NCBI RefSeq assembly: GCF_018350175.1
Contig: NC_058368.1
Span: forward strand, 13,330,001-13,394,000
From: Felis catus
Lineage: Eukaryota
Direction: 5' to 3'
DNA length: 64,000 nt
Shown: positions 13,520 to 26,705 of the stretch, piece after piece
Layout of the letters: every line of letters starts with the position of its first letter
Position numbering within the stretch: position 1 is the stretch's first letter
Notes under the pieces: model-generated
Database searches by the model: none
What the model saw: the letters and a program-made list of their open reading frames with translations, nothing else
What the model was told of the DNA's origin: nothing
Position numbers and translations under genes: made by a program

Positions 13520-14770
13520 TTTATATTTCAAAGGCATTTTATTGGATATAGAATTGTCACTTGATAATCTTTCCATACTCAAAAGATGATACTCTATAAT
13601 CTACTGGCTAACATAGCTTCTGATGAGAAATCTGTTGTAAATCTTGTCTTTGTTTCTATCTGGTGTCACATTTTTCTGGTTGCTTCAAATATTTTCTATC
13701 ATTGTTTTTTTCAACAACTTGACCACTTGGTGTGGTTTTCTTAATGTTTCTTTTGTTTTGAGTTTATAAAACTTATTATATTGTGGGTTGATGTTGTCAG
13801 AAAATTTTTACTTGTTATTTCAAGTGTTTTTCTGTCTCAACTTCTTTGTCTGTCTCTCCCTCTCAATCTAACACATTTGTTACTGACTGATAGTGTCTCA
13901 CAGTTTATCAAGACTGCTCATTTTTCTACTGTGCTATTTTCTTTTGGATAGTTTCTACTGCTGTGTCTTCAAGTTCACTGACCATTTCTTTACAGTATCT
14001 AATAGGTTATTAATTATTTCTAGCATTTTTTCATTTTATATATTGTAGTTTTAATCTCTAGATATTTCATTTGGGCCTTTTGAAATCTTTAGTTTTTCTT
14101 ATCATTGTGTTTATGTTTTCCTTACACCTCTGAACATATTTATAATAGTTATTTAAACCCTATCCACTAATGACAACACTTCCTTATTTCTTTATATTCC
14201 TTTTTTTCCTCCCATTTATATATAGGTTATATTTTCCTGCTTTCTTTCCTACCTGATAGTTTTTTATGCTGGACATTGTGAAATGTCTATGGTTTTTGTG
14301 GTGAATTTTGTTGTATTCCTTTAAACCATGTTGCTTCTGGCACACAGAAAATTTACTCGCCAAGTCATTTTAATTATTTCAAGATTTTCTTTTAAGTTTG
14401 CTAGGATGGTCTGGAGTAACCTTTACCCTAGGTATAAGTTAGCCCAACTACTAAGATGAAGATTTCTGAAGACTCTACCCGATGTAGTACCAGGTCTTTC
14501 CAGTCTGGCTGTAGGGAAAAAAACTGTGTGAACTTAGGGAATTTTTCAACCTATTACTTTTGGAGACTTCTTTCTCCAGCCTTGTAGAGTTTCACCCATG
14601 TGTGTTCAGAAAAACTTTGACTCAAAGATTGAAGAATATCCCTTAAATAACTTTATAGCCTTCCCTGTGTATAGCATCCCTTTCACCAATAGTCCTTGAA
14701 TTCTAAATCGTCTCAACTGAGAAATACCACAGGGCTCTGTGTATTGAGTTCCTTTTCCAGTATTGCATCA
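13520..14770 (-). mobile_element. Old L1M internal/5' fragment (antisense)
   Basis: T-rich; tctgatgagaaatctgttgtaaatctt, ggatagtttctactgctgtgtcttcaagttcactga are typical antisense L1M motifs. Confidence 0.7.
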
Positions 14771-14809
14771 TGGAAACTTGACTGCAAGTGACAATAATTG
14801 GCACTCCAT

Positions 14810-14950
14810 TTCTTCATTTATTTATTTAATAAATATTCATTGAATGCTCACTCTGTGCCAGGAACTTCTTGATGTACTAAATATTTAGTACAAATATTTC
14901 TGAACAAAGCAGAAAAACTTCCCACTATTTGTGGCTCTTACATTCTAATA
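14810..14950 (-). mobile_element. L2 3' end
   Basis: ttcatttatttatttaataaatattcattgaatgctcactctgtgccagg...cttacattcta. Confidence 0.75.
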
Positions 14951-16629
14951 TTTTACAGGAAAAAGGAATTTATTGGAAAGATATCCCTAAGAAGCACAGA
15001 AAAAACAGGAGATACAGAGGAAATGCAGAGAGTCAGGAAAATAAACAGAAGCCAAGGTGATGCACCAAAAGCCAATATGTACTGCATATGCTACTGCTAA
15101 TGAGAGGAACAAGCCCTCTAACCGTTTTCAGATTCTTCTATCATTTGTTTGAGATCTGAAGTCTTAGAAGTAATAATCACATTGGCAAGACCTAAGTCAG
15201 TGCTTAGACCCTGAGTTCCTGAAATTAGGGAGAGAGAAGATCAGGACCCCTTAATTTTCACTGTAGAAATAAGACATCATCTCCACCAAGATGGCACATA
15301 ATCAATAATTCCTTAGAATAGGGAGTTGATATGATTAGGAATTCTGGACAATCAGAACATGACAAAAATTCACTAAAGTTGCATGGAAAAGTCAAGACCC
15401 AGAGAAACGGCAGTATAAAGAAACCAAAAGAGAGTAGAAGCTGAATTGAAGAATTAGGGAAACAAATATAAGGGTCAGTTATTTATTAACAGAAAAGAAA
15501 CAAGCAGAAGAATGAGGAAGCAACTAAAATGGCCATTAGGTCACCAGTACTGTTGCAGGCTACCTAGAGCTAGCTGTGTTCTAGAAGGCAATGACTCATG
15601 TTCCAATTGCCCTTGAGGACCAGATTTATGCCAGATATGATATTTTTCTCTCCCTTTTTATTGCCATGTCCATTTTTACAGTGAATTCATCATTAAACAA
15701 AGACAGCAGAGTGTGTCTGTTTCTTAACATCTGAAGGAACAGACCAAACCCTGCTCTGCTAAGTAATGAGGATGTTTTGTAAGGACAAGGAAATGCTGAA
15801 ACTTCTCCAAACTGTGTGGATTCCTTGGTCCCAGTGGTCAAAGGAATCCCATCCATAATCTCACTTGGAACCTCCACATCTTCCCTGCCTTCATTAGGAT
15901 TGCTGCCCTGGGACTTCATTTTCAGAGATATGACAGAAGATAGTAATGAGTTGACTATTATTTCCACCTGTGACTCCCCAGCAGGCACCATTCATTCAAA
16001 ATCAGTCACTAGGCATGGAAATTTTTGCCCTGATATTTAGAGAAATTAAATGTGCCATTTTGATTTTTCAAAATGCGAACTACTTTTGCTGTCTCAGAGG
16101 GCTGGACACAGTGGAAGTTTTCTCCAAAGAACAAACTTTTCCCTTAAGCACAATCAGCTGTGAATCAGGAGTTGTAAAGCGGAGAGGACAATTAAAATCA
16201 ATGACAGCATTTAGTTTCCTGCCAAGAGTAGCTTGCCCAGTTAACAGACTGTGCTTAGATGCCTTTCAGTGCACAGAGAACACCCTGGGCTAGCTGGTTG
16301 CTCAGCTGGGGACACACTAATTGCTTTTATTAATGAGAAGAGCTCTCTTTTCTCCACTGATGTTTCTTGAACTTCCATCCCATGCTTGGTTGGTGAAGCA
16401 TCACTACTACAAGCTGAACCATAGTTACAATATTTTTCTCCTAATCGAGATCAGCAGAGCATAATTTGAAAGAGGAAAACAGGAAAAAAAGAGTTCTATT
16501 TGAATTCCTAATGGTTCTTTTTAATCATGAGCATTTTAGAGTATAAAATCCTAATTATCAAATGAATTTTAAAAATGACGTGTCCCCATCAAGTTCTGCA
16601 CATTAGTACCAGGGCGTTAGATGCTAAGC

Positions 16630-16765
16630 TTCAAAGTTAAGAGCACTGGATTTAGAGTCCAAAGATTAAGGTTCCTATACCAGTTTCTCAGGGACATTCA
16701 TAGTACCACTTGATATTCCTGGACCTTAAGCTCTTTCTTTCTTTGTGAAAAGGGGATAATCCAGG
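16630..16765 (+). mobile_element. MIR fragment
   Basis: gttaagagcactggatttagagtc...ttgtgaaaaggggataat. Confidence 0.6.
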
Positions 16766-17569
16766 ACCAGACTGTCCCATGGCCCTCAAAATTAAAAAAA
16801 AAACATGAAACAAAACATAGAATCTGAAAGCTTATATATATTTACTACCCTTATCCTACCAGAAGAGGTTCAATTATCAATCACTGAGTACATATTCTCC
16901 TACCATATGCCCAATATCATTCTGACCAAAAGTAGTTAGTTCATGTCCCTTCTCTTACCTTTGTCAACTGCTCATTATACACAAAGACCAGAAGTTTGGT
17001 TAACAGGGCCATGGACAATTAGAAAGGAAGATGGTCATTTGCTCCTCTTTCCAAGAATCAGCCTGATCCATAGTTGAAGGGATTGTTTTGAGAGACATTA
17101 TTGTCCTCCTGACAACATTTTCTCTTCAAAAGAAAATCACTTCTCCTACGGTTTGTATAATAATACAAGAGAAGACAGTATTGTGGCTGGGAAAACATTG
17201 CAGACACAGGAAGAAGTAGATAAGGAGAAAGTAGAATGATAGAATGAAGAGAAAAAATACGTAAAGGGGGATCAAAGAGAGAGAAGCCTGGAGTGATGGA
17301 GAACAGATAAGCAGCAACAAAGAAAATGACATTCCAGGAGAGAGATGCCAATTTAGCAAGAGACATCAACGGACATTTGAAATCAACGTAGAAAACCATA
17401 TTACAAAGATAATTTTTGGAATAAAGGTCAACCGATATGCAGAGCTGTGCTATATTTGTATGTGGAAAGAGAGAGACTCTAGTTGCAGCTCCTATTTATA
17501 TATTTTAACACGTAGCCCTAGTGATTTAATACCTCTGTAATTATGTATATAATGGACACTCTTATAATG

Positions 17570-17770
17570 TTTTATTTATTCTTCCAGAGTTGTGTTTATT
17601 GCAGACTGTCTCATTTTAGAGTTATTTATGTCTCTGTCTATCTCCTTTACCAGTGATTGGATTCTCCCAGGCCAGAGCCACATCTTACTGATTTCTATAT
17701 TATCCTCAGTACCTAACACAGTATCTATCATGCAATAAAAGTTTAATAAAAGTTTAAATTGAATTGAATT
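17570..17770 (+). mobile_element. L2 3' end
   Basis: tatcctcagtacctaacacagtatctatcatgcaataaaagtttaataaaagtttaaattgaattgaat. Confidence 0.7.
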
Positions 17771-17788
17771 ATTTTGAGACTTTATTAG

Positions 17789-17841
17789 TAGTGTGTGTGT
17801 GCGTGTGTGTGTGTGTGCACACGTGCACACGTGTGCACACA
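17789..17841. repeat. Alternating purine-pyrimidine (TG/CA) microsatellite with self-complementary end
   Basis: (tg)n grading into gtgtgcacacgtgcacacgtgtgcacac. Confidence 0.9.
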
Positions 17842-19449
17842 AAATTGTTCTGGAAAATTGCATTTTAGTTTTAACATCTCAAGTTAGAAATATAACACTA
17901 ATGCAATAAAATACCAGGAGGACAATTCTGATAATCTGTTCACTAAATAATGACTGGGGAATAATTATGTATTCTTGATGAGGTCAATCTGTCCTTAGAC
18001 TTAGGCAGTAAGGAGAGGAGGTGTGTGGATTATAGAATTGACATAAGGGTAATTATCCTTGATAGCAGGTAGAGCAGATCTAAGGGAGTAGCACTGTGTA
18101 TATAAAAGAAATATAATACAAGCCACAATCCCTGCCCCTTACCAACTGTAAAATTAATTTGGAGAAGAAGAAAAAGACAACTGAAACAATTCAGCAACTA
18201 TGTAATGGAAGCAAGTCCTACATTTTTTTTTTGCATAATGGGAATATTTTGGTAATAAGTGATAGAAGGTGTCACAATTGTTCTCACAACAAAACTAGTT
18301 CAGCCCCCTCCTCTATTTTTGTTTAGTTATCCCAAGGGAAGACTTCTAGTCTAAATCTTCCTGATTAATTACCCCCACACTGTTGGTGTTTGAAGACATC
18401 CTCTAGCTCCAGAACCAGGTGACATGGGAGAGGCTGATAGGGTCATCAGCCAGTGGACATTGATCTGCTGAGAGCCCTTACAAATATATTGAGTAGCATT
18501 TGAAAGTAACTCATGGTCTCTCTTAATTAAGAGTAATGTACGACTTCCTGATGACAAATGATGAAGCAGGTTCTCTTCTCTTTATCCGTGTGTGACAAGT
18601 CTTCCCTCAGACTGTGAATGTGTGTAAAGACCAGTGGGTGACACAATTGTGACTTTAGATGAATAGGCTGAAAGCTGAAAGACCAAGCTGGTTTAATGCA
18701 CATGGCATTTTGACTCATGCTGTCTTTGCTTGCTCTAGCTCTTTGGGCTGAAGGAGGCTGTCCTCTCCTATTCATTATATAAGTTTCAATTCTCATTATT
18801 TTTACGGTGATTTTTGGTTTTTTTTTAGACTGAAAAGTATCAGAAATTATTTTCATTGGAAGAGACAACAGTAGAGATAAGAGAAAAAAAGGATTCTTTT
18901 ATTATATAACCAGGGAAACCTGTTTACATGAGGCATTGAAAAATCAGAGGCTTTTAATGTTTTCTTCACTTTTCTGAATCCAAACGAGAGTAGTAAACAC
19001 CTAAGGATAAAAGGAAAGAGTGTCATACTTTAACAAAGAATTATCTGTTTCATGATTACTTTAGTAAATTGGCTGTGGTGCATATCTGAAGTTGCTAATG
19101 GTTGTGCTTAGGCTATTAGACAAAATGACTATCAGGATAGAGTTTAATATTGAAAACTTGGGGTGTATAATCAAGTAGTGTAAAGACTAGACAGAAGATG
19201 GAAGGAAGGGAGAGAGAGAAAGTGGGAGGGAGGCAGAGAGGAAATTAGCTGGTTTTGAAATAAAAACGGCTGAATTCACATGCTTTCTTTTCCAGTTTAC
19301 TTAAATCTAGAAATAAAAATTTTGAAACAACAATTAAATTGACACCATCAACTACTTAAATACAGAAGCCCTTAACATCTGGTTCTATCTTTTTCTCTGT
19401 CCCAAATCTTGCCATCATAACAATAAACATGAGACACTAGAGACTATAT

Positions 19450-19700
19450 AGATAGAAGCTAAGAACAGACTTTCGAACCAGCTTCAGGGTTTAGATGTCA
19501 TCATCCTCTTACCTCCTGGGTGAGTTTGGGAAAATTACCTAGTCTGCCTCTGCTTTTTACTTCACCTATGCCTCAGTTTCTTCATCTATAAATCTGGAAT
19601 GTAGTAATAGTACCTCATTAAATTGTTGAAAAGATTAAGTGCATTAATACACATAAAGCACTTAGAACAGCTACTGGCACATGGCAGGTGCTCAATAAAA
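19450..19700 (+). mobile_element. MIR SINE
   Basis: gcctcagtttcttcatctataaat...aagattaagtg...taaagcacttagaacagctactggcacatggcaggtgctcaataaa. Confidence 0.85.
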
Positions 19701-20332
19701 TAGATACGCCAGCCTCAGGGTTCATTGGCCATCCTATCCACCTCTCCTTTCAATTTCAGCAAGTTACTTCCCAGACACTTTGTCTTCTATTGGATATAGA
19801 ATAACTCTGTTTCTAAACACATAAATGTTAATATTACTGAATCCAACCATACTTACTGTCCTTCCACCTTTCTGACTCTTTAACCTTGGTATCCAACAGC
19901 TTAGGAATCTACTATTGACCTAAATAAAGTTAAAAAAACAAATGGCAGGTTGAGAGAAGATATTTCTAACCTATACTAACAAGGAATTGTGTACAGAAAT
20001 ATAAAGAATTCTTAAAAATCACTAAGAAAAAGACAAACAACTCAATAGAAAAGTGATCAAATGGAATGGGGAAACAACTTAAATAGAAAGTAGATGGAAT
20101 GTTCAAAAACAGGAAAAATGCTCAAACCTTGTTAGTAATCTGGGAAAGTGAAGAAATAATGGAAACATTCCTTACTTTAGAGATTGGCATGAACTCATAG
20201 TCTGAATTTACCAAATGTTGGTGAGGATATTTGATAAGAACACTCATGTGTCCCTGGTGGGAGTTTAACTGATAGATATCCTTTGGCGAACAATTTGGTA
20301 ATACCTGATGAAGCTCAGGATGAATGTAATTT

Positions 20333-21132
20333 GTGCATTAGACACCACTGGTTGCTTACCAGCGTCTTTCCCCCAACCTTGCCTTCTTTACAGAAGCTGA
20401 TTTTGTTTGCCTAACCATCCATCCCCCTACACACTCATGTGTTGCAAGGAAAGAAGATGCTACCCCCAGTTTCAGGAATGGGCTTGATTCTTTCCCAAAG
20501 TGGTCATATTCCCTTTGGCAGTGACTCAGTTGTAGCCTACAAATTATAAGGGGAGGTCTGCTGTGGATATTCAGGAAAGATTATAATTCCTAAGAGATTG
20601 CTTTAGAAAAAACAGCCTTTCTTCTTCTGGACAGTGTTGTGTCTGGATGTCATGCTTCCAAATGCTGTAACCGTTTTGCCACCAGTCTGAGAAGGAAGCC
20701 ACACCCAGGATGATAGGAGGGAAGATGAAAAAGAGTGGTTTATTTTCTTTTTTAAAAAAAATTAATTTTTTTTTATTTTCGAGAGAGATAGACAGAGTGC
20801 AAGAGAGGTAGGGCCGGAGAGAGAGGGAGATACAGAATCTGAAGCAGGCTCCAGGCTCTGAGCTGTCAGCACAGAGCTTGACATGGGGCTCGAACCCACA
20901 AACCGTGAGATCATGACCTGAGCTGAAGTTGGACCCTCAAGCAACTAAGCCACCCAGGCACCCCCCAAAAAGGAATGGTTTCTTAAGGGCCTTTTTGAGA
21001 TCGACTAAACCAAGCTTAAAAAGCTGAAACCACCCCAACAACCTCTTTTTAAGTAAAATAATATATGTTTTCATTCCTAAACCGGATTGAACTGAAGATT
21101 TTCCTTCTTATGGTCAAAATCAGCCTATCTAT
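20333..21132 (+). mobile_element. ERVL-class LTR (LTR16/LTR33-like), interrupted by a SINE
   Basis: tg...gacaccactggttgcttacc...ttttgttt...gaggtctgctg...cttcttctggacagtgttgtgtctggatgtcatg; subfamily uncertain. Confidence 0.55.
20741..20964 (-). mobile_element. Can-SINE (SINEC_Fc)
   Basis: gagagggagatacagaatctgaagcaggctccaggctctgagctgtcagcacagagc...ccacccaggcacccc; decayed TSD aaaaagagtggttt / aaaaggaatggttt. Confidence 0.95.
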
Positions 21133-22549
21133 ACTTTAGACCCCACAAAACTCCCACTCAGGTGTACATGGACACATACGTACAAGGATACGTATTGTGG
21201 CAATCTTTATAAAATCCCTAAACTGGAAGGAAATTACCTAGCTTCACTTGAATAGTTAAATACGCTTCATGTAATCACAGAATAAGACTGTGAAACAATT
21301 CAAATATATTCAAATGAAACACTTGGTCTGTTTCTGTGGGCATAGTTATGTATCCAAAACATGATGTCGGGTGAGAAAAGAAAGTAACAGAGCAATATGG
21401 ACTGCATACCATCTGTGTGAACTGTATAAGCACGTAAAACAATGCTCTTCTTGGTCCATTTACATGTACATAAGGAGTAAACATAAAAAGCCATGATCAA
21501 CAGACATAAACTCATAATAGTGGAGAAGAGACATGCTAGAGGTATAACAAAAATTCCAATTGTATGTGTAATATTTTCTTTTACTAGAGATGCAAACCAT
21601 ATATAAAGAAGCATTAGCTTTTGTTAATTCAGATTAATTACAGCATGAGTATTTCTTGCATTATTCTGTAACTTGAAATTTTCTATATGCTTAAAGCAAT
21701 TGATAATAAATACTTTTAATAAGAAATTTTAATGTAAAAGAAATTAGAAAAAAAAGAAAAGATACTCAATGGAACTGGACTGGGATCATCTTGCACTATT
21801 AAATTTAAACAGTGCTTTCTTGCTTGAATGTTGTAGCAGGTGTAAATTATTTTTTTAGAAGTGTGAATTTTATTTGAAATCTCTTAAAAACAGATTTCTG
21901 CACAACATTACACTGAGTCTGTCACTAGATCTCCCTTGTGTTTCAGGTCATCAACTCCCTTTGTGCTATGTGTTCTTTCCTAGGCAGACTCAACAAAATG
22001 GTGGATTGCTTGGACCACCCCACACATAAGCATTCCCCATTTCCTGTGAGTCTTTGAGAAGTTCACAATGTGTTTAAAATAAATATCAACATATGAAATT
22101 GCTAGACTCCTGACATTCCTTCATATCCTGCTTGATTATATCCTTCTTAGCTCAAACCAACAATCCAGCTTCTTTCTTACTAAATCCAGCTCTTGAGAAA
22201 ATAATCACCACAGTGTTGATTTGTTACAGTCCTTAATCCATCTTGCTAATTTAGTATGGTTCTTAATCCATCTTCGACCTGTCTCTGAACGTATTGGATG
22301 ATATCCTTCACTCCTGAGGTTTTTCTTACTATCTAAACACTTTGCCTCTGAAATGTGTAACTCCCATCAGATCTCTATCCTCAGACTCTGGCTGGATTCC
22401 AGCTTTTCTATTGAACTTCTCTCTCTAGTTATGTCAAACTGAGTATGTGTTTCACCCAACAAAGGAAAGGGCATTATTGGGATCAGAACTAATAGTCTAT
22501 AGGTGGAAGTCATATAAGATGGAGAATGATGAGTAGAGAGCTAAGACTG

Positions 22550-23091
22550 GTCACCGCAATTTTCATTTGGGATGGCCTCAAATTTTTGACACTTCTCATT
22601 GAGAGGTGGAGATCTGTGGCCACTCTTCTTAAATATGCACGGATTTTATGACTGTTTCGACCAATAAAATATGGCAAATGTTAACGCTTTGACAAATTCT
22701 GAGTCCAAATCTTAAATCATTGATAATTTCCACATCCTGACTCTTGGCTCCCTATCTCTGTGAGCCCTGTCACCACATAAGAAGTCGACCACTCTATCAC
22801 TCCCATGCTGGAGAGACCACACATATGTGCTCCATTTGCTAGTCTCAGCTGAATCCAGTCTGCTAACCATCTTCCTTTGGGTGTCAGACTCATGAATGAA
22901 AGAATCTGGGACCCTTCTGACCAGCCCATCCACCAATCCTTCTGAGTGACCTCAGTCGGTGCTGTGTGGAGCAGAAGAATCACACAGTGAGCTTTGCTCA
23001 AATCTCTGACCCACGAAACTGTGCGATGTAACCAATGGCTTCAAAGCACTAAGTTTTGGAATTTGTTATTTAACAATAGATAACCTGGTAA
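22550..23091 (+). mobile_element. MLT1 (G/H-like) MaLR LTR
   Basis: ttgagaggtggagatctg...gaccaataaaatatggc...ccatgctggagagaccaca...gtggagcagaagaatcac...aagcactaagttttggaatttgttatttaacaatagataac. Confidence 0.8.
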
Positions 23092-23189
23092 CTTTATCCT
23101 CCTCAAAGCCTCCTGAGTTTGCCTATAGTTCTCATCCATGAGATATTTTCCAGTTATTATATATCACTCAAAAATAATCATAAACTCAC

Positions 23190-23655
23190 TCATTGTTAAA
23201 ACAATGCAATGCATAATTATATAAAATAAAAACTGAAGACTCCACATTTATTCCTTACCTCCATTCCATTCCCCATCTCAAACTTAACCACTGTTCCTAT
23301 TAATGGATGTTTAGATTATTTATAGACTTTTACTAAATAAAACAGTGTTGGAATAGCTTTACCCTTGTGTGAGTAGTCCCTTTAACTTTTAGATTCATAG
23401 AAGTCAAATGTGGGGCTAATAGTATATGTAATGAAAACTGTGGTATATATCAAATTGCCCTCCAAAAAAAACAAATAAAAACCTTTGCTCATTTATATTG
23501 TCACCAATAAGTACAACTGTATCCATTTCTGCACTCACCAGTCACTAATGTATATTATCATTTACATTTTGCCACTGTGAAAGTAGTAAAAGCGGTAGCT
23601 CATTGTTTCAATTGATATTTTTCTGATCACCTGCGAAGTTTGTAGCATTTTTTTC
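23190..23655 (-). mobile_element. Old L1ME-like fragment (antisense)
   Basis: aatggatgtttagattattt...tatatcaaattgccctccaaaa...ctcattgtttcaattgatatttttctgatcac. Confidence 0.55.
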
Positions 23656-23739
23656 TACAAAAGAAAAAGAAAGAGGGTGTTGGGAAGAGTGGGAGCAGAA
23701 AATCATGTGGTTGTTTATCCTAGCACATAGTTGATAATT

Positions 23740-25400
23740 TTGGTAGCCCAGGCAACAGATTATTGAACCATTTGGCAACAAGGGTAGAGAGAAATCACCA
23801 GATTAAGTACGTATTTTGAATGAAAAGCTGACAAGAATAGCTGATTGTTCTGATGTGGGATAGGAGGACAAAAAGAATTCCAAGGTATTTGGCTTAACCA
23901 CTAGGTAAATGATGGAGCCCTTTGCTGAGATGGAGAAGACTGGAGGTGAAGGCAAGAAGACTGCTTTACATGCTAAGTTTGAGAAGATTATTCAGTATGT
24001 CACTGCCATGGAGGCAGTGGGTGGAGTCTGGAGTTTAACGAGGAAGGAGGGATGTTGAGGGGGAGGGTTGAGTCTGTGAGTCATTAGTGTGTGATGGCAT
24101 TTAAAGCCATGGAATTTAGTGCAGGCAGGTAGGTGAAGCAGTCCAAGGCCAAGTCTTAAGGCTCCAATATCCACAGGGAAGATTGGGGGAGGACCTATCC
24201 TGGGGGTCTGAGAAGTGACCAGTGAAATGTGAGAAAAACCAGGAGCCTGTGAAATCCCAGAAGACAGGGCGGCCACTTAGAACAGTGCCTATTACACAGT
24301 AAATACTACATAACAATTAGATGCTATTATTATTTCTCCTTTGAAGCCCTATGATTGATCCCCAAGTAGGCTTCTGCACTCTGATTTCAAATAGGGCTGC
24401 ATTCCATGGCAGGTCTTGTCATTAGACTATGACAGGAGATGCGATGGACTCCAAGATCAGATCATAAGTGGTAGAGAAGTAGAGTAAGTTAGGATTTAGA
24501 AGAAATACTGTATCTGGCAACGTGAAGGTCATTAGTGACTTGAGAAGAGAGGTTATAGTGAAGAGAAAAATTCTAAATGGATTGGGCTCTAGACAGAATA
24601 GCAGGAGGAGAAAAGATGTGCCAACTCCACTATTGAGGAATTTTGCTCTAAAGAGGAACAGAAAAATAGGGGAGTAGTCAAAGGAATATATAGGATCAAG
24701 GGAAGGTTGTTTTATTTTTATAATACGGAAGATACTTTTTATAGGATGATTTAATGCTGATGGCAAAGAGCCAAAAGAGAGTCTAAATGAAGAAGCAGGA
24801 GAGAGAAGAGAAGCCTCAGTGGCTCAGTCAGTTGAGTGTCCAACTCTTGGTTTCAGCTCAGGTCATGATCTCCTTGGCTTTGTGGGTTTGAGTCCCATGT
24901 CCAGCTCTGCACTGACAATGGAGAGCATGTGTGGGATGCTCCCTTTTGCTCTGCCCCCTCCCCCACTCACGTTCTCTCTGTCTCTCTCAAAATAAATAAA
25001 TAAACTGAAAAAAAAAAAAGAAGTAGGAGAGAGAAGACGAGTCTATAAATAAAGTCCTTAGGTGGATATGAAGCTACATTATCCAGTGCCCAAGTCTTAC
25101 CTAAGACTCTGGCTTTGGGTAAAACCCAGATCATTCATCCATTTTTAACAAGATGTAACAAAGCAAAATCAACAGGTGCAGACCGGGTGGGCTGGTAGCT
25201 GTTTTAATTGGAGCACAAAGAAGTTTGATTCTGACTGATTCCTTTTTTTCAGAGAGATAAGAAAGTCATTAGTTGAGAATAAGGAGGAAGGAGTAGGTAT
25301 TGGAGATTTCTAAATATAAAAGAATAAGTGAATTATTTGGCTTGGTCAGTATGGTTTCAGTATGACACTTTCCAGGGCAGCTCAAAGGGGTCACTGAAGG
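23740..25400 (-). mobile_element. L2 LINE fragments (antisense), interrupted by a SINE
   Basis: ggtaaatgatggagccctttgctgagatggagaagactggagg...gatggcatttaaagccatgg...tggcaacgtgaaggtcattagtgacttgag. Confidence 0.7.
24810..25017 (+). mobile_element. Can-SINE
   Basis: gtggctcagtcagttgagtgtccaactcttggtttcagctcaggtcatgatc...aataaataaataaac plus poly-A; TSD aagaag(c/t)aggagagagaaga. Confidence 0.94.
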
Positions 25401-25525
25401 TATGTGGTCATGTTAACATCAGTCTGGTGTTTTTTTTATTCAACCATTCTTGTGTATTTTTCTTCACCTACATTGTTTACACTGTTTATGTTGTGATCAC
25501 AACATAATAATATGATCACATACTA

Positions 25526-25753
25526 TTTTTTTAAGTTTATTTATTTATTATTTTGAGAGAGAGAGACAGAGACAGAGAGAGAGAGAGCAAGTGGGGAAGG
25601 GGCAGAAAGAGAGAGAGAGGGAGAGAGAGAGAATCCCAAGCAGGCTTTGCACTGTTAGCACAAAGCCTGATGTAGGGCTGGAACTCACAAATCTCTAGAG
25701 CATGACCTGAGCTGAAGTCAGATATTTAACCGACTGAGCTGCCCAGGTGCCCC
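25526..25753 (-). mobile_element. Can-SINE
   Basis: Typical body; flanking tgatcacata repeated at 25513 and 25756. Confidence 0.94.
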
Positions 25754-25838
25754 TTTGATCACATATTATAAGATGTTTTTTTCTCTTTGTATAGGCAACT
25801 CAAATTTTCTAATTTTTTTTTCTATAAACTCTGGGAGA

Positions 25839-25885
25839 TGTGTGTGTGTGTGTGTGTGTGCGTGTGTGTGTGCGTGTGCGTGTGT
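25839..25885. repeat. (TG)n microsatellite with CG interruptions
   Basis: Directly visible. Confidence 0.96.
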
Positions 25886-25899
25886 ATAGTATATTCTTG

Positions 25900-26500
25900 A
25901 GAAGGCTCTATGTCTGCCCTAAAATTATTTTTTTAATTCTTCACTATTTCTTCTAATATTTTCATAATAGCTATTAGCATTTTCTTGTATGTAGATGTTT
26001 TGCATGTGCATATCTGTCTCACTTCATTTTCTTCAAAATGGGTAAAAGATGTCCAACATCATTTTTCAAAAATCTACCCTTTTTCCTCTTGAAAGCTGTA
26101 TTGTTCATAGGCATGCACCTATTTTTAGACTTTCATGGTTGTTTCATTTATCACTTGTCCACTCCTGCATTATTATCACATTGCTTTAATGACTATGGTA
26201 TTTTTAAATACCTTATAGTAAAATCACCATTCAGATTTCTTTCAAAAATTTCATTGCACACCTTGGGAATTTTTTCTTCCAGATAAAAATCATCTCTCAG
26301 ATGAATCTAATTCAATGTGATAATTATCTTGTAAAACATTTAAAATCCTGAAGGGGTTTTGATTGGAATTAAATTGAATTTAAAGATGACTGGGGGAGAG
26401 TTAACATTCACAATCTGAGGGCTTTTCAGAGAAACCTGAGATTCTCCATATTTATTTGGGTCTTTTTCAATGTTCTTCAGAATGGTTTTATAGATTTATT
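25900..26500 (-). mobile_element. Old L1M fragment (antisense)
   Basis: ggttttgattggaattaaattgaatttaaagatgactgggggagagttaacattcacaat...tccatatttatttgggtcttt. Confidence 0.6.
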
Positions 26501-26579
26501 CAATGAAGAAACTCTGTAGCATCTTATAGGCATTTTCTGGCTCTGGCACCATAAAACAAAACTCATTTATTATCTTCCA

Positions 26580-26705
26580 CATGGCACCTTGAACAAATTA
26601 ATCTCTTTGTGCCATGGTTTCCTTATATGTTAAAAGAGGATTGTTGTGGGGAATAAATGAGTTAGTACCTGTGAAGCACTTAAAACATGCCTGGTGCTGC
26701 CATAC
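26580..26705 (+). mobile_element. MIR fragment
   Basis: accttgaacaaattaatctctttgtgccatggtttcctt...ggattgttgtggggaataaatgag...gaagcacttaaaacatgcctgg. Confidence 0.75.

Larger units (their letters stand above)
19930..21720 (+). mobile_element. Old L1M(E) 3' fragments (about 19930-20330 and 21135-21720) split by an LTR
   Basis: aagaaaaagacaaacaactcaatagaaaagtg...aaaatgctcaaaccttgttagtaatctgggaaa...accaaatgttggtgaggat; L1-like sequence resumes after about 21135. Confidence 0.65.

Noticed and set aside
15626..16040. Overlapping ORFs on both strands, possible exon or processed pseudogene
   Set aside because: No recognisable homology, no poly-A/TSD and no clear splice pair.
18369..18670. Possible minus-strand exon (acceptor tttcagctttcag, donor near 18372)
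   Set aside because: The frames I checked between the sites contain stops and the peptides are unrecognisable; no supporting evidence.
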